From a bacterium (GTDB taxonomy: Bacteria; Omnitrophota; Gorgyraeia; Zapsychrales; Zapsychraceae), in the NCBI GenBank assembly GCA_030429765.1, contig JAUIER010000003.1, positions 80,402 through 144,401 of the forward strand: a DNA stretch of 64,000 nucleotides. Direction: 5' to 3'. A program made the position numbers and the translations under genes. Positions 53,104 through 63,400 of this stretch are shown here, piece by piece. How positions within the stretch are numbered: position 1 is the first letter of the stretch; every line of letters starts with the position of its first letter. Under the pieces are notes generated by a model, which saw only the letters and a program-made list of their open reading frames with translations, had not been told where the DNA came from and made no database searches.

Positions 53104-54129
53104 ATGAGCCATACGATTCGTTCATACGTGGACAAGATCCACAATCATGAGAATTTGACGCAGGACGAGATCGAAGTTGTCATGCAGGACATCATGTCCG
53201 GCGAGTCCAACCGCGAAGATATTGCCAGTTTTTTGTTGGCGCTGCGCGAGAAAGGCCCGACGATCGATGAGATTACCGGGGCGGCCCGGATTATGCGCCG
53301 GCATCTGGTCGGCGTGAATACCGTACACAAAGATATTCTTGATACGTGCGGGACCGGCGGTGACAAGACCAATACGTTCAATATCTCGACGGTGACGGCC
53401 CTGGTGGTGGCCGGAGCGGGGGCGGTCGTGGCCAAGCACGGAAATCGGTCGGTGTCGAGTAAGTGCGGTTCGGCCGATATTCTCGAAGCGCTCGATGTCA
53501 ATCTGGATATGGATACCTCCCGTCTGAACGCGTGTCTGGACGAAGTCGGCATCGCTTTTCTGTTTGCGCAAAAACTGCATCCGGCGATGAAGAATGTCGC
53601 GCCTGTGCGTAAGGAATTGGGTGTCGAGACGATCTTTAATCTGCTTGGGCCGTTGACGAATCCGGCCAATGCCACGCATCAGATGATCGGTGTGTACGCG
53701 CGTAAATATGTCAAGCCGATGGTGCAGGTGTTGAAGAACCTGGGATCCAAACGGGCATTGGTTGTGCATGGCGCGGACGGACTGGATGAGATCACAACGA
53801 CCGACAAGACATTTATCTGTGAGTACAACGGCGAGGAGATTTTTTCGTACGATATCGATCCCGACGAATTAGGCATACCGTTCGCCAAGCCTGAAGATCT
53901 CAAAGGCGGTCATCTGGAAGACAATGTCAGAATTGTCCGCGAGATCCTCGACGGAGCGCCCGGACCGAAAAGGGATATCGTTCTGTTGAATTCGGCGTAC
54001 GCGTTGTATATCAGCGAGAAGGCGGCGAATATTGAAGATGGTTTACAGATGGCGCGTGATTCGATCGACAGTGGAAAGGCCAAGGCCAAGCTGGCACAAC
54101 TAAGGGATTTTACCCATGAGCGGACATGA
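53104..54129 (+). CDS. trpD: Anthranilate phosphoribosyltransferase
   Basis: ...[52 protein letters not shown]... Confidence 0.9.
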   Translation: [341 protein letters not shown]

Positions 54130-54907
54130 TTTTCTGCAGGAGATCGTCGAGTACAAAAAAGAATGCAACCGCTTAAAGGCGGAGTACTACACGGCGATTC
54201 GCAACAAGATTGATCTCTCCGAATACTGCCGTTACGGGGTCTTTGCCAAGTCGGTGGGACGCGAAGGGCAGGTTAATCTGATCGCTGAGATCAAGAAGGC
54301 CTCGCCGTCCAAAGGGGTGATCCGTGAGCCGTTTGATGTGCTCGAGATCGCCAAGACATACACCGAACACAAGGCGGCGGCCATCTCTGTTCTCACCGAA
54401 GACAAATATTTTTTAGGACGACCGGATTACGTCAAGAAGGTCAGCGAACAGTTTACGGTGCCGGTCCTGATGAAGGACTTTTTCATTCATGAAAACCAGA
54501 TCTACGAGGCGCTGGTCAAGGGGGCCAGTGCGATCCTGCTGATTTGCGCGATACTCTCCGATGAGCAGTTAAAGCAATTATTGTCGGTGGCGAACGCTTT
54601 GGACCTGGACTGTCTGGTCGAGACGCATGATGAGACCGAGGTCAAGCGGGCGATTGACGTCGGCGCCGAGATCATCGGGGTGAACAATCGCGATCTACAT
54701 ACATTTGAGGTGTCGATGCAGACGAGTCTGGATTTGATCCCCAAGATTCCCCGGGATCGAATCGCGGTCGCCGAGAGCGGGATCCGGACCAACGCGGACA
54801 TTCGGCAGCTCAAAGAGGTGGGGGCCAAGGCGGTTTTAATTGGAGAAACATTTATGCGCGCAGAGGACATCGGCGCCAAGGTTGACGAGATTATGTCAGG
54901 CGGCTAA
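54116..54907 (+). CDS. trpC: Indole-3-glycerol-phosphate synthase
   Basis: ...LIAEIKKASPSKGVI... and ...IIGVNNRDL... Confidence 0.9.
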   Translation: MSGHDFLQEIVEYKKECNRLKAEYYTAIRNKIDLSEYCRYGVFAKSVGREGQVNLIAEIKKASPSKGVIREPFDVLEIAKTYTEHKAAAISVLTEDKYFLGRPDYVKKVSEQFTVPVLMKDFFIHENQIYEALVKGASAILLICAILSDEQLKQLLSVANALDLDCLVETHDETEVKRAIDVGAEIIGVNNRDLHTFEVSMQTSLDLIPKIPRDRIAVAESGIRTNADIRQLKEVGAKAVLIGETFMRAEDIGAKVDEIMSGG

Positions 54908-54922
54908 CACGGAGGAAGAGGA

Positions 54923-55537
54923 ATGACGATGAAAGTTAAGATGTGTGGGATTACCAATCATGAAGACGCGCAGAAGGCGGTTTATTACGGGGCCTATGCC
55001 GTCGGATTTATTTTTCATAAAAAAAGTCCGCGCTACGTATCACCGAGTAAAGCGCGAAAATTAATCGAAGGATTGCCGCCGTTTATCGTGCCGGTCGGTG
55101 TCTTCGTTGATCTCAAGGAAAAGGCGGTGCGGGATATCTGCAAGTTCACCCGGATCAAGACGGTCCAGTTTCACGGTGATGAAAAGCCGATCTACTGCAA
55201 GCGCTTTTCCGATTACAAGATCATCAAGGCCTTTCGGGTCAATGACATGTTTGATTTTGTCGGCGTCAAGAAGTACAAGGTCGACGCCTATCTGTTTGAT
55301 ACCTACCAGGAAAATGTCCTTGGGGGGACGGGAAAGACGTTCAACTGGGACCTGCTCAAAGGGCATAAGTTTGATAAACCCGTCATTCTCTCCGGCGGAT
55401 TGACCTCATCCAATGTGGCCGAAGGGATCGCCGCGGTGGATCCGTACGCCGTGGATGTCTCCAGCGGCATCGAGAAGTCGCCGGGGATCAAGGATCCCCG
55501 CAAAATCCGGGCGTTCATGAAGGCCCTGGACGTCTAA
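54923..55537 (+). CDS. trpF: Phosphoribosylanthranilate isomerase
   Basis: MTMKVKMCGITNHEDAQKAVYYGAYAVGFIFHKKSPRYV... Confidence 0.88.
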   Translation: MTMKVKMCGITNHEDAQKAVYYGAYAVGFIFHKKSPRYVSPSKARKLIEGLPPFIVPVGVFVDLKEKAVRDICKFTRIKTVQFHGDEKPIYCKRFSDYKIIKAFRVNDMFDFVGVKKYKVDAYLFDTYQENVLGGTGKTFNWDLLKGHKFDKPVILSGGLTSSNVAEGIAAVDPYAVDVSSGIEKSPGIKDPRKIRAFMKALDV

Positions 55538-55659
55538 ATCCCCGCACACTATCTGTTTTGTATTGATCCGATGGATCGGTCCGTCGAGGTATCCCGGACT
55601 GTCCCGGACACATTTTTGAAGCATAGTTGAAAGCTACTCATTTGTAATGACTTACAGGC

Positions 55660-55687
55660 TTGTCCCCTGTGGATAACTATGTTATAT
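55660..55687 (+). promoter_or_regulatory. Candidate promoter positioned to start the ncRNA candidate
   Basis: TTGTCC (55660-55665), 16-nt spacer, TTATAT (55682-55687). The predicted +1 is about 55694-55696, exactly where the 12-nt closing-stem arm begins. Confidence 0.4.
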
Positions 55688-55694
55688 TTGAATT

Positions 55695-55927
55695 AAGCCG
55701 ATAAAGGTAAACCCGGGGAAACCCGGGGACTTTCGAGTCTTACCGACTTGGAACTGCGCGGTTATGAGGCGCGCGGACAAAACCAACAGACCTAAATTGT
55801 TAACGACTACGAGGCCCGTTCGGGCGTTCAGCGCCGGGGCACACAATCCAAGCAGAAGAGTCTAGGACAAGATGGTGGCTGGGTTGCCGAAGTGCGGTGA
55901 GGGAGACATCCTCATCTTTATCGGCTT
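55695..55927 (+). ncRNA. Structured non-coding RNA candidate of unknown class (about 233-nt core closed by a 12-bp helix)
   Basis: 5' AAGCCGATAAAG (55695-55706) is perfectly complementary to CTTTATCGGCTT (55916-55927). The interior is rich in local hairpins (CGCGG-ttatgagg-CGCGCG, GCCCG-ttc-GGGC, GGCG-ttcag-CGCC, TGAGG-gagacat-CCTCA) and carries a duplicated ACCCGGGGA. No ORF of meaningful length covers it. It is bracketed by a candidate promoter and an intrinsic terminator. Confidence 0.5.
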
Positions 55928-55946
55928 ATTTTTCTCTCTTACCCAT

Positions 55947-55978
55947 ACCGTAAAAACACCCGTTTTTGCGGTTTTTTT
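55947..55978 (+). terminator. Rho-independent terminator downstream of the ncRNA candidate
   Basis: CCGTAAAAAC-accc-GTTTTTGCGG stem followed by TTTTTTTGTG. Confidence 0.65.
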
Positions 55979-56105
55979 GTGTCTACGGTGTTGGTTCTGG
56001 TAGAATAGTAGGAATTAACTGCGCGGGGCTTCACGAACTTCCAATCCTGCAGCAGTTTTTCCAGTGTGATTAAGCAAGCAAAATTAAGAAATATTTCGAT
56101 TGTAA

Positions 56106-56492
56106 ATGACTAACAATTCAATATTTTCATTTCCTCCTGATTTTGAAGTGGAGTATAAATTTTTGACAGTGGACGAGGCCGGTAGAAAAACTGGAACTCC
56201 CTTTCAGGGTTACCGGAGCAATTGGCTATATGAAGGGGATGACCCAATTGCCGACGGCATTTATATGATTCATCCTGAATTTCTGGATGAAGACGGAAAA
56301 AGTTTTCAAAAGAATAGGAAGGTTCCTGCAAAAGGCCTGGCCAGAATGGTAGTAGTCAATCCAGCTAAGAGACCTTATCATCAAAAGAAAATAAAAGTTG
56401 GAACAAGAGGTTTTTTTGTCGAGGGAAATCGGAAAGTGGCAATGGCAACCGTAACGAAGGTGCTTGGTTTGCATACCAATAAAACAACTTAG
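56106..56492 (+). CDS. Hypothetical protein (128 aa) in AT-rich islet
   Basis: ORF MTNNSIFSFPPDFEVEYKFLTVDEAGRKTG... with no recognisable motif. Local AT-richness differs from the flanks. Confidence 0.4.
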   Translation: MTNNSIFSFPPDFEVEYKFLTVDEAGRKTGTPFQGYRSNWLYEGDDPIADGIYMIHPEFLDEDGKSFQKNRKVPAKGLARMVVVNPAKRPYHQKKIKVGTRGFFVEGNRKVAMATVTKVLGLHTNKTT

Positions 56493-56542
56493 TAGAAAAT
56501 TCTCATTCCATAACAGGGATAGGATTTTTCAAAGATAATTGA

Positions 56543-57247
56543 ATGACGTATATTAGAATTTTTGCCTTGGTGCTTAGCGTTATTTTAACGGCCGGGTGTG
56601 CTACCGTTGTTCGGGATCAATTACCGGCAGTCCAAAAATTTTCGACATCTGAGGAAGCTTTCAGCGTATACGTGCTGAATCATGGATGGCATACAGGACT
56701 GGTGATCAGGCGTTCTGATATCCCTGACCATCTTTGTCCCGAAAGTGAAGATTTTGCTAAGTATGAGTATCTCGAAATTGGATGGGGCGATCAAGGTTTT
56801 TACCAGGCTCAGAAAATCACTTTGGGTATTACTATCCGGGCGATCTTTTGGCCGTCCAAAAGCGTACTACATGTGGTGGGATTTAATGGGTCAGTTGAGG
56901 CATATTTTGAAACCAGTGATATTGTACGAGTTGATCTTTCGGAACAGGGATTTAACAAAATATGCATGTTTATTCATGAAACGTTCAAGAGGGAGCAGGT
57001 TGATCTACGAGCTTCGTCTATCGGACCGGGTTTGTACGGGGATAGTAAATTCTACAGAGCTCGCGGGAGATACTACTTTCCTAAAACGTGTAATGTTTGG
57101 ACCGCAAGGGCCCTACGTAAAGGTGGTTGTCCGATAACACCTATTTACGCTGTGACATCCGGCAATACGCTGAATCAGACCAAGAAGTTTGGAGTAATTG
57201 TTAGGGAGTTCCTAGAGTCGTATAAAGCTTCAGGTAGAAAAAAATAA
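56543..57247 (+). CDS. Lipoprotein of unknown function (DUF2459-like)
   Basis: Lipobox ...LTAGC; ...NHGWHTGLVI... motif; 234 aa; AT-rich codon usage like the neighbouring ORF. Confidence 0.5.
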   Translation: MTYIRIFALVLSVILTAGCATVVRDQLPAVQKFSTSEEAFSVYVLNHGWHTGLVIRRSDIPDHLCPESEDFAKYEYLEIGWGDQGFYQAQKITLGITIRAIFWPSKSVLHVVGFNGSVEAYFETSDIVRVDLSEQGFNKICMFIHETFKREQVDLRASSIGPGLYGDSKFYRARGRYYFPKTCNVWTARALRKGGCPITPIYAVTSGNTLNQTKKFGVIVREFLESYKASGRKK

Positions 57248-57398
57248 GTGGATGGTCGAAGTCTCTCCAATCTTGAAAGAATTGGTATCAGAAATCCCTA
57301 AAGTAAAGCAGGGCATAAGTTTAGGTCGTAATTCATTATATTAGCGAAGAGGCCTGTCCCTTTTCGGGGACTGTCCCCTTTGGGGGAGCCGTTCGGGC

Positions 57399-57427
57399 TT
57401 GCCTATAATACTAATATATCGTATAAT
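57399..57427 (+). promoter_or_regulatory. Candidate sigma70 promoter for the giant ORF
   Basis: TTGCCT (57399-57404), 17 nt, TATAAT (57422-57427), about 50 nt upstream of the ATG at 57478. Preceded by overlapping alternative hairpins (57354-57386). Confidence 0.45.
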
Positions 57428-57477
57428 TAGTGTATTACTGGTTCCCCACCGTAAGCTTTAGTTTCCACCCATAGTCT

Positions 57478-60400
57478 ATGTTGATTTCAATCAAACGGCA
57501 TTTCCGTCATCCGTTGTTTTGCGCGTTGGTGTCGATGCTGACATGTCAGTTATCATTTGCTGTCCCTGGCGTTGCGTCTACGCAAGCCTCGCAGGGAGTG
57601 GCTCTGCCTGAACCCGGCACGCTGGTGATGCCGAGCGCCGATTTTTATGCCCCGGTCCTCAAAGGGGTTCAAATCCATCCCGACCAGCCGTTTCATTTTG
57701 AATTTATTGTCGATCAGGGCGATCAGTCGATTTCCTTAAGCCAACTGGAGGCCGAGTCGTATCGCTTGATCAAATATTTTATGGCCGCCCTGGCCGTGCC
57801 TGAGCAGGACATGTGGGTGAACTTATCGCCCAATGATCATGATCGGGCGATCCCCGACAAATTCGCCCTGACCGCTATGGGACGTGATCTGCTCGCGCAG
57901 GATTATCTGCTCAAACAATTATCGGCGTCGATGATGTATCCCGAACATCGGCTTGGTGAAGATTTCTGGCAACGCGTGCGGCACTTGGCCCATCAACGCT
58001 TGGGCGTGACCGACATTCCCGTCAACACATTCAATAAAGTCTGGATCGTACCCGAACGGGCCGTGGTGTATCAAGACGGATATACCGCGTATGTGTCCGA
58101 AGGCCGGCTCAAGGTCATGCTGCAGTCGGACTATCAAGCCAGCGCATCCAGCCCGATGGGCGCGGGCAATCCCGACGATTCCACCGACCGGTTAGCCCAG
58201 GACATTTATCGTGAAGTGATTATTCCGGAACTGGAGCGAGAGGTGAATACCGGTCGACAGTTTGCCCGTTTGCGCCAGATCTATCATTCGTTGATTCTCG
58301 CGACGTGGTATCGCGAAGTCCTTGAGGACAGTTTGATCAATCAAGTGTATGCCGGACAGAATAAGATCCATGGCATTGAGATCGACGATCCCCGGGCCAA
58401 AGACGCGATCTATCAGCAATACATGGACGCGTTTCGCAAGGGCGTCTACAACTACATCCGCGAAGACTATGATCAATTGAAGGATCAGGTGATCCCGCGG
58501 CAGTACATGTCGGGCGGGATGCAGATCGTGCCGCGGATAGAGATTACCGACGACGCGCGCTCCGTCCGCACGCGCGGAGATCTGGCGATGGTCTCCACGC
58601 AACTGAATCTGCGCGGTGCCAACCGCACGATTGAGATCGCGGCGGATCTCGACGACAGTATCTTTGCCGGGATGCGAAAGAACGGCCGGCCCAAGGTTCA
58701 GTTAACGCATGCGGATCACGCCGAGCTCAAGGGATACCGTCCGGATGGAGAGACGGTCACACTTTTTACCTCACTACGTCAGCGGGTATACGGCCTGGAA
58801 ATTTCCGATGAGGGCGAACTCACGCACGTTTATCCTAACAATAAAAAAGACAAACCGGTGGCTTGGGCCTGGATTCGTGACGACGCCGGCCGGCGGACCG
58901 GAATTGTCGTCGGAGACAAGCGGACGCACGCGTCGCTGGGATACGGAACAAGTGCGGTCAAGATTAACGGGTGGATCGACACGCCGATTATAGCAAGTCA
59001 GCAGCGGCAGGACGCGGCCTTGATCCGCATCGGTCCACAGGCCCTGGGTAAACGACAACTCTTTGCGGTGTTGCCGCCGGATGCGGCCGGCGAAACATTG
59101 GCGGTGCGCTATGAAGACGGTTTTCCGACGGCAGTTCGTCTGAGAGACGGGACCGTTGTTCCTGTTGGTCTGATCCGGAATCAGTATAATCAGGTGATCA
59201 AAGCCACGAACGGTTCGGCCGGTTTTGTTAAGCCGGATCGTGAGACAGCCACCAGCTACGAAAATATCCGAACGGATGCAGAGGGCATAGCGCGTTTGGG
59301 ATTCCGTCTCGAGCGAGTGGCCGACGGGGCCGGCTGGGCCAGTCTCCTGGTTGACCAATCAGTGGTGATCGCTCATGATATTTTTGATCAGCCGCGTCAC
59401 CAAACCTACGGACACGTGATCCGCAATCACCATGATGTCATCATTGCCGCCGCGTGGCGGGAACCCGACCAAGACCAACGGGAGGTAAACCCCAAGCCGT
59501 TGATGATCGTTCGCGATCTCCAAACACACCGGCCGAAGTACTCGGCGGCACCAACCAAATTCAAAGACACCGGCGACGCGATCGTGACCGGACGTCGTTT
59601 ATCGAAACACGGCAAGATTTATATCGGCGGACATTCGCTGAGTTTGGGGGCGACGTATGCCGATGCGCCGGTGGAATTGCTATGGCTGCCCAGCCAGGGT
59701 TATCTGCTGGTCGATGTCTTAAGTGAACGTGATCGTGAGGCGTTTGTGTTTGACTTGAATCGTGACGAAACCGTCACCGCCGAACAGCTAACTCTCGTCG
59801 ACAAATACCTGTCTGAGCTTGGGCTGGAATGGTATCTGGATCCGGCAGAGAAGGCGTATCGTTATGATCTCATCAATGAGTTGATGTCGGATCCGTTGTT
59901 CGCACAGCTGAATTTAAGATTATTTTCAACGCATCCGGCGGATTTACAGACCATTCAGTCTCAGTTGACTGTGCGCCGTCACATGCCGGTCAGGATTTGG
60001 GATCAGGCCCTGGATATCGCCGCCCGACGGATCGATCAATATAAACGCGATTATCCCGATCAGGTCGTCAACGGCAAGATTCCGATGCGGATCAAGCAGT
60101 CGATCATTCGCGATGTGTCGGACGAGGCCTGGTTGATGATCAATGCCGAACGTCCGCTGACGGAGAGCCCATCGGCTCAAATCTTTGAATCGTCGTCAAA
60201 CGAAACCGATGCGGCCATGACCAGCGATGGACCCACGCGGGCTGATATCGAACGGCTGTTCAAGGCGATTCTGGAAATTTACCGGTCCTACGCCGACGGT
60301 GAATTGGAGGACTATCCCACGGCGATGCGCCGGCTGGAGGCATTGGCCGAGCAGACCGCGTCGAATCCGGTCCTGCAGAGTTTTGTCCATGACCGGAAGA

Positions 60401-63400
60401 ATCCCATCCACGTGATTGAGTTCGGACTGGATGGTCAGTTGGTGGCGCGCGATAAGCTCGCGCAGTCCCTTCAGGATGACATCCGCGATATGGAGCTGGC
60501 CCTGGCCGGACTTCGATCGCTCGACGACACCGACCCCGCCCCGGTGACGGATGCGTATCCGGCCGAGATCAAATATTTTGAGTTAATCAATAAAGGACGC
60601 GGTTCGACGGATTCAGATGCCGCGATGGCGGGTATCGATACTTTTGTGGCTGAGCGGATCACACAATTGCAGGACGCGGTGACGGAACGTGAACAGGTGA
60701 CACCCAACACGGTTCGGCATGTCGCGGGGCTTTGGCTAAAAGCCCTCATCCAGGAGTGGGATTACGGCCGGAACATCGTTCACACACGGGCCGAGGCCGT
60801 CGAGATAGGGGAACGCCTGAACCGGGCGTGGAAGGCCGCCGGGTTCGACAAGGTTCGTTCATGGCCGGCGCAGGTGATGCTCATGGGCTCTCTGCAGGTT
60901 TCGGAAGACAAGTACTTTCAATTTGAAGATATGCAGGAGGCCTTGATCGAACATGCCACGCGGGAGGAAAAGATCTTGGCTTACTGGACCAAGGCGGTGC
61001 GCTCTGTCAGTCATCTCAGATATTACGGCAATCATCCGGAAGATGAATTTGAGGATCCGCTCGTCGATCAAACCGTCATTCAGGATACGGCGCGCAAATA
61101 CATCACCTTGCTGCTGGAAGACGCGCCCGAGAAGGCCACTCAAGATCAGCTGTGGGGATTGATCGTTTTGCTCGATCCGTTCATCTATCATCCTGACTTT
61201 TTAATTGATCAGTGGGCCAAGCATGCCTATAAGCAACCCAACGATCATGTCATGACCGCCAAGGTCCTCGACATTCTGAAGGATCTCAACGCGGAACAGC
61301 GGCAGCGATTCCAACAACTCGCCCGACGGGCGTTTGCGATATCGGATGACGAATGGGCGGCGGCTGGATTCCGGTCGCCGTACACAGACTTTATCATCCA
61401 TACCTTTAATGAACGACTGGACCACATGATGACTCAGATGTCGATCAAGTCCTCGAGTGAGTTCAGCGGGGATCACGTGCAGCTGATGGCCCGGTCCGAA
61501 GAATTTTTCGACGCCCATGTGGGATGGTATGCCTTAACGCGCGATCCCAGGGCGGTGCGCGAGATGATGTTCTCCAATAAACGGCATGCCCGTTATCCGG
61601 AGGCCGGTTTTCTGGGGCTGCGTCAGGCCATCGTCAAACGGCGATTGTTCAAGGCGATGGAACAAGATCCGCGGCATTACTATCGACGGGTCTTCGCGCA
61701 TCCATTGCTGGCGGATTCACCTAACTGGGGATTTTTAAGTGAGTTGTTGAGCGACGAGGCGATGATGGCCGATCCCGATGATATGACCGAACAGTTCCGT
61801 CGACGAATTGATCTAGCCATTGCTCAGGTGGGTTATCCTGGAATATCTGTATCCGAACAGGCTGCTCAAGATTTGCTTGCTGACTATGAACAGGGTTTTG
61901 ACGTGACGGAACGGATTGCCATTCCACGGATCAGCGTCTGGCTGATGCGTCACCAGATTCCTGTGTTTCAGTCTTATGAAATGCTAGCGGCCATCCACGT
62001 CGCCGCCGACAAGTGGCGAGCCAATTTCAATCAGACAGTGGAGCTTGAGGTTGGTGCCTTGATGAGCTTTACGAATGTGGTGGGGCTACCGATGTTTGGA
62101 TTTGAAGGATCGTGGACAGATGCGGAAGTGCAGACCGTTCGACGGATTATGGGGTGGTTGGATGGGGAAAAAGTCTCTACATTGAAAGGGTTGCAAGCTC
62201 GATTGTTGACATCTTCGGTAACATTTAAAAAGCGCGGCAGGGGATTCAGAGGCATTGCGGAGATCATACAAGGGATCATGCCGGCCGGTCCCCGTATACC
62301 TGGCGATAGACGCACAAACGCGATTCAGCTCGTCGACATTGATACAAGCTGGTTTACAGGGAATATCACATTCCCGATGATTCAGATTCTCAAGGAATTA
62401 TTGCTGGATCGGACGCAGGACAAGGATGTCATTGATGAAGACTACTTTGACTCACGAATTGCGGTGTTGGCCAAGATACAAGAGTTGTTAGAGCGGCTTG
62501 TCCTTCGGGAGCAGTCATTAATTGAAAACTTTGCGACAGCCTATCGCGCGCAATTGCAGGAAGAGCGTAGAACGTTGTTGTATACATGGCTGACCATGAT
62601 GCGCGGTGACGAAGAAATTTTAGATCTGGAACCTGATGATTTGTCGCACAGATTTACACTTTCAACGGATGATGTTTTGAAGGTATTAAGAGATTACTCT
62701 GAAGAGATCGATGACCGAGATCACGCGATGAAAGCCGGTGAGGCGTTTGAGAACAATCCGTATCATGAACCGCATTTTGATCTGATTGACAATCTGGAAC
62801 TGGCCGAGCGGTCGAATATCGTGATGATCGGGGCGGCGGAAAATCCGCAGGCCGGTTTGGCCTTCGCGATGCGCGGACATCATGTCAGGTCCATCACCAA
62901 GGATATCAAGGGGCCGACCGTGGAGGCGGCGCTGCAGGAGTCACTTGAGGCCGATATTTCCGGTCGGGGCGGACGGTATGTCACCAATCGGGAGACCGAC
63001 TATCTGGATGTCGACATCGACGCCGAATCGGTGGATGTGTATGTGGTGCCGGCGGTGCTCGACGATCCGCGCACCGTGCAGCAGGATTTGATGCTGGATA
63101 AAATGCTGCGCGAATTGCGGCCGGGCGGTCATCTGGTGCTGTCGTTTATCATCAATGCGTCGGGATGGGAGCGCTATGTCGAGCGGTTCGCGGCGTCACG
63201 CGGGTTTGAACTGGAGAAGACGTATGATTATACCGTGTCGGACGCGGCGGTGATCTATCGCGTTGTGCCGGATGCGGCCAGACAGCTGGCCGCCATGGCG
63301 TCGGAGATCGGCGCGGCCAATGATGAGGCCATGCTGGCGTTCAGTGAGTTTGACAACAAGATCGGGATCGATCCATTTTCCGGTCGTTTATCGGTGCTGT

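Noticed and set aside
55571-55582. CCGATggATCGG palindrome just after the trpF stop
   Set aside because: A 2-nt spacer cannot form a hairpin. It could be a protein site, but with a single copy and no context it is too weak to report.
55710-55735. CRISPR array or type III toxin-antitoxin repeat RNA suggested by the duplicated ACCCGGGGA
   Set aside because: Only two short adjacent copies are present; there is no spacer-repeat periodicity or cas/toxin gene.
55695-55927. Retron msr/msd (12-nt a1/a2 inverted repeats flanking a roughly 220-nt structured region)
   Set aside because: No reverse-transcriptase gene follows. The downstream ORFs are a 128-aa orphan and a lipoprotein.
55695-55978. Identification of the ncRNA candidate as tmRNA, RNase P RNA, SRP RNA or 6S RNA
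   Set aside because: Universal signatures are missing: no GGTTCGA-type T-loop or CCA-proximal acceptor pairing (tmRNA), no AGGAAAGTCCGGGC / ACAGAACCCGGCTTA (RNase P), no GGAAGCAGCC domain IV (SRP), and no extended rod-like 5'/3' pairing beyond 12 bp (6S).
55538-57477. Calling the AT-rich islet a mobile element or genomic island
   Set aside because: No integrase, transposase, tRNA target or long direct repeats are present. Only a short shared GGACTGTCC palindrome occurs at the edges, so it is reported as a finding, not as a mobile_element feature.
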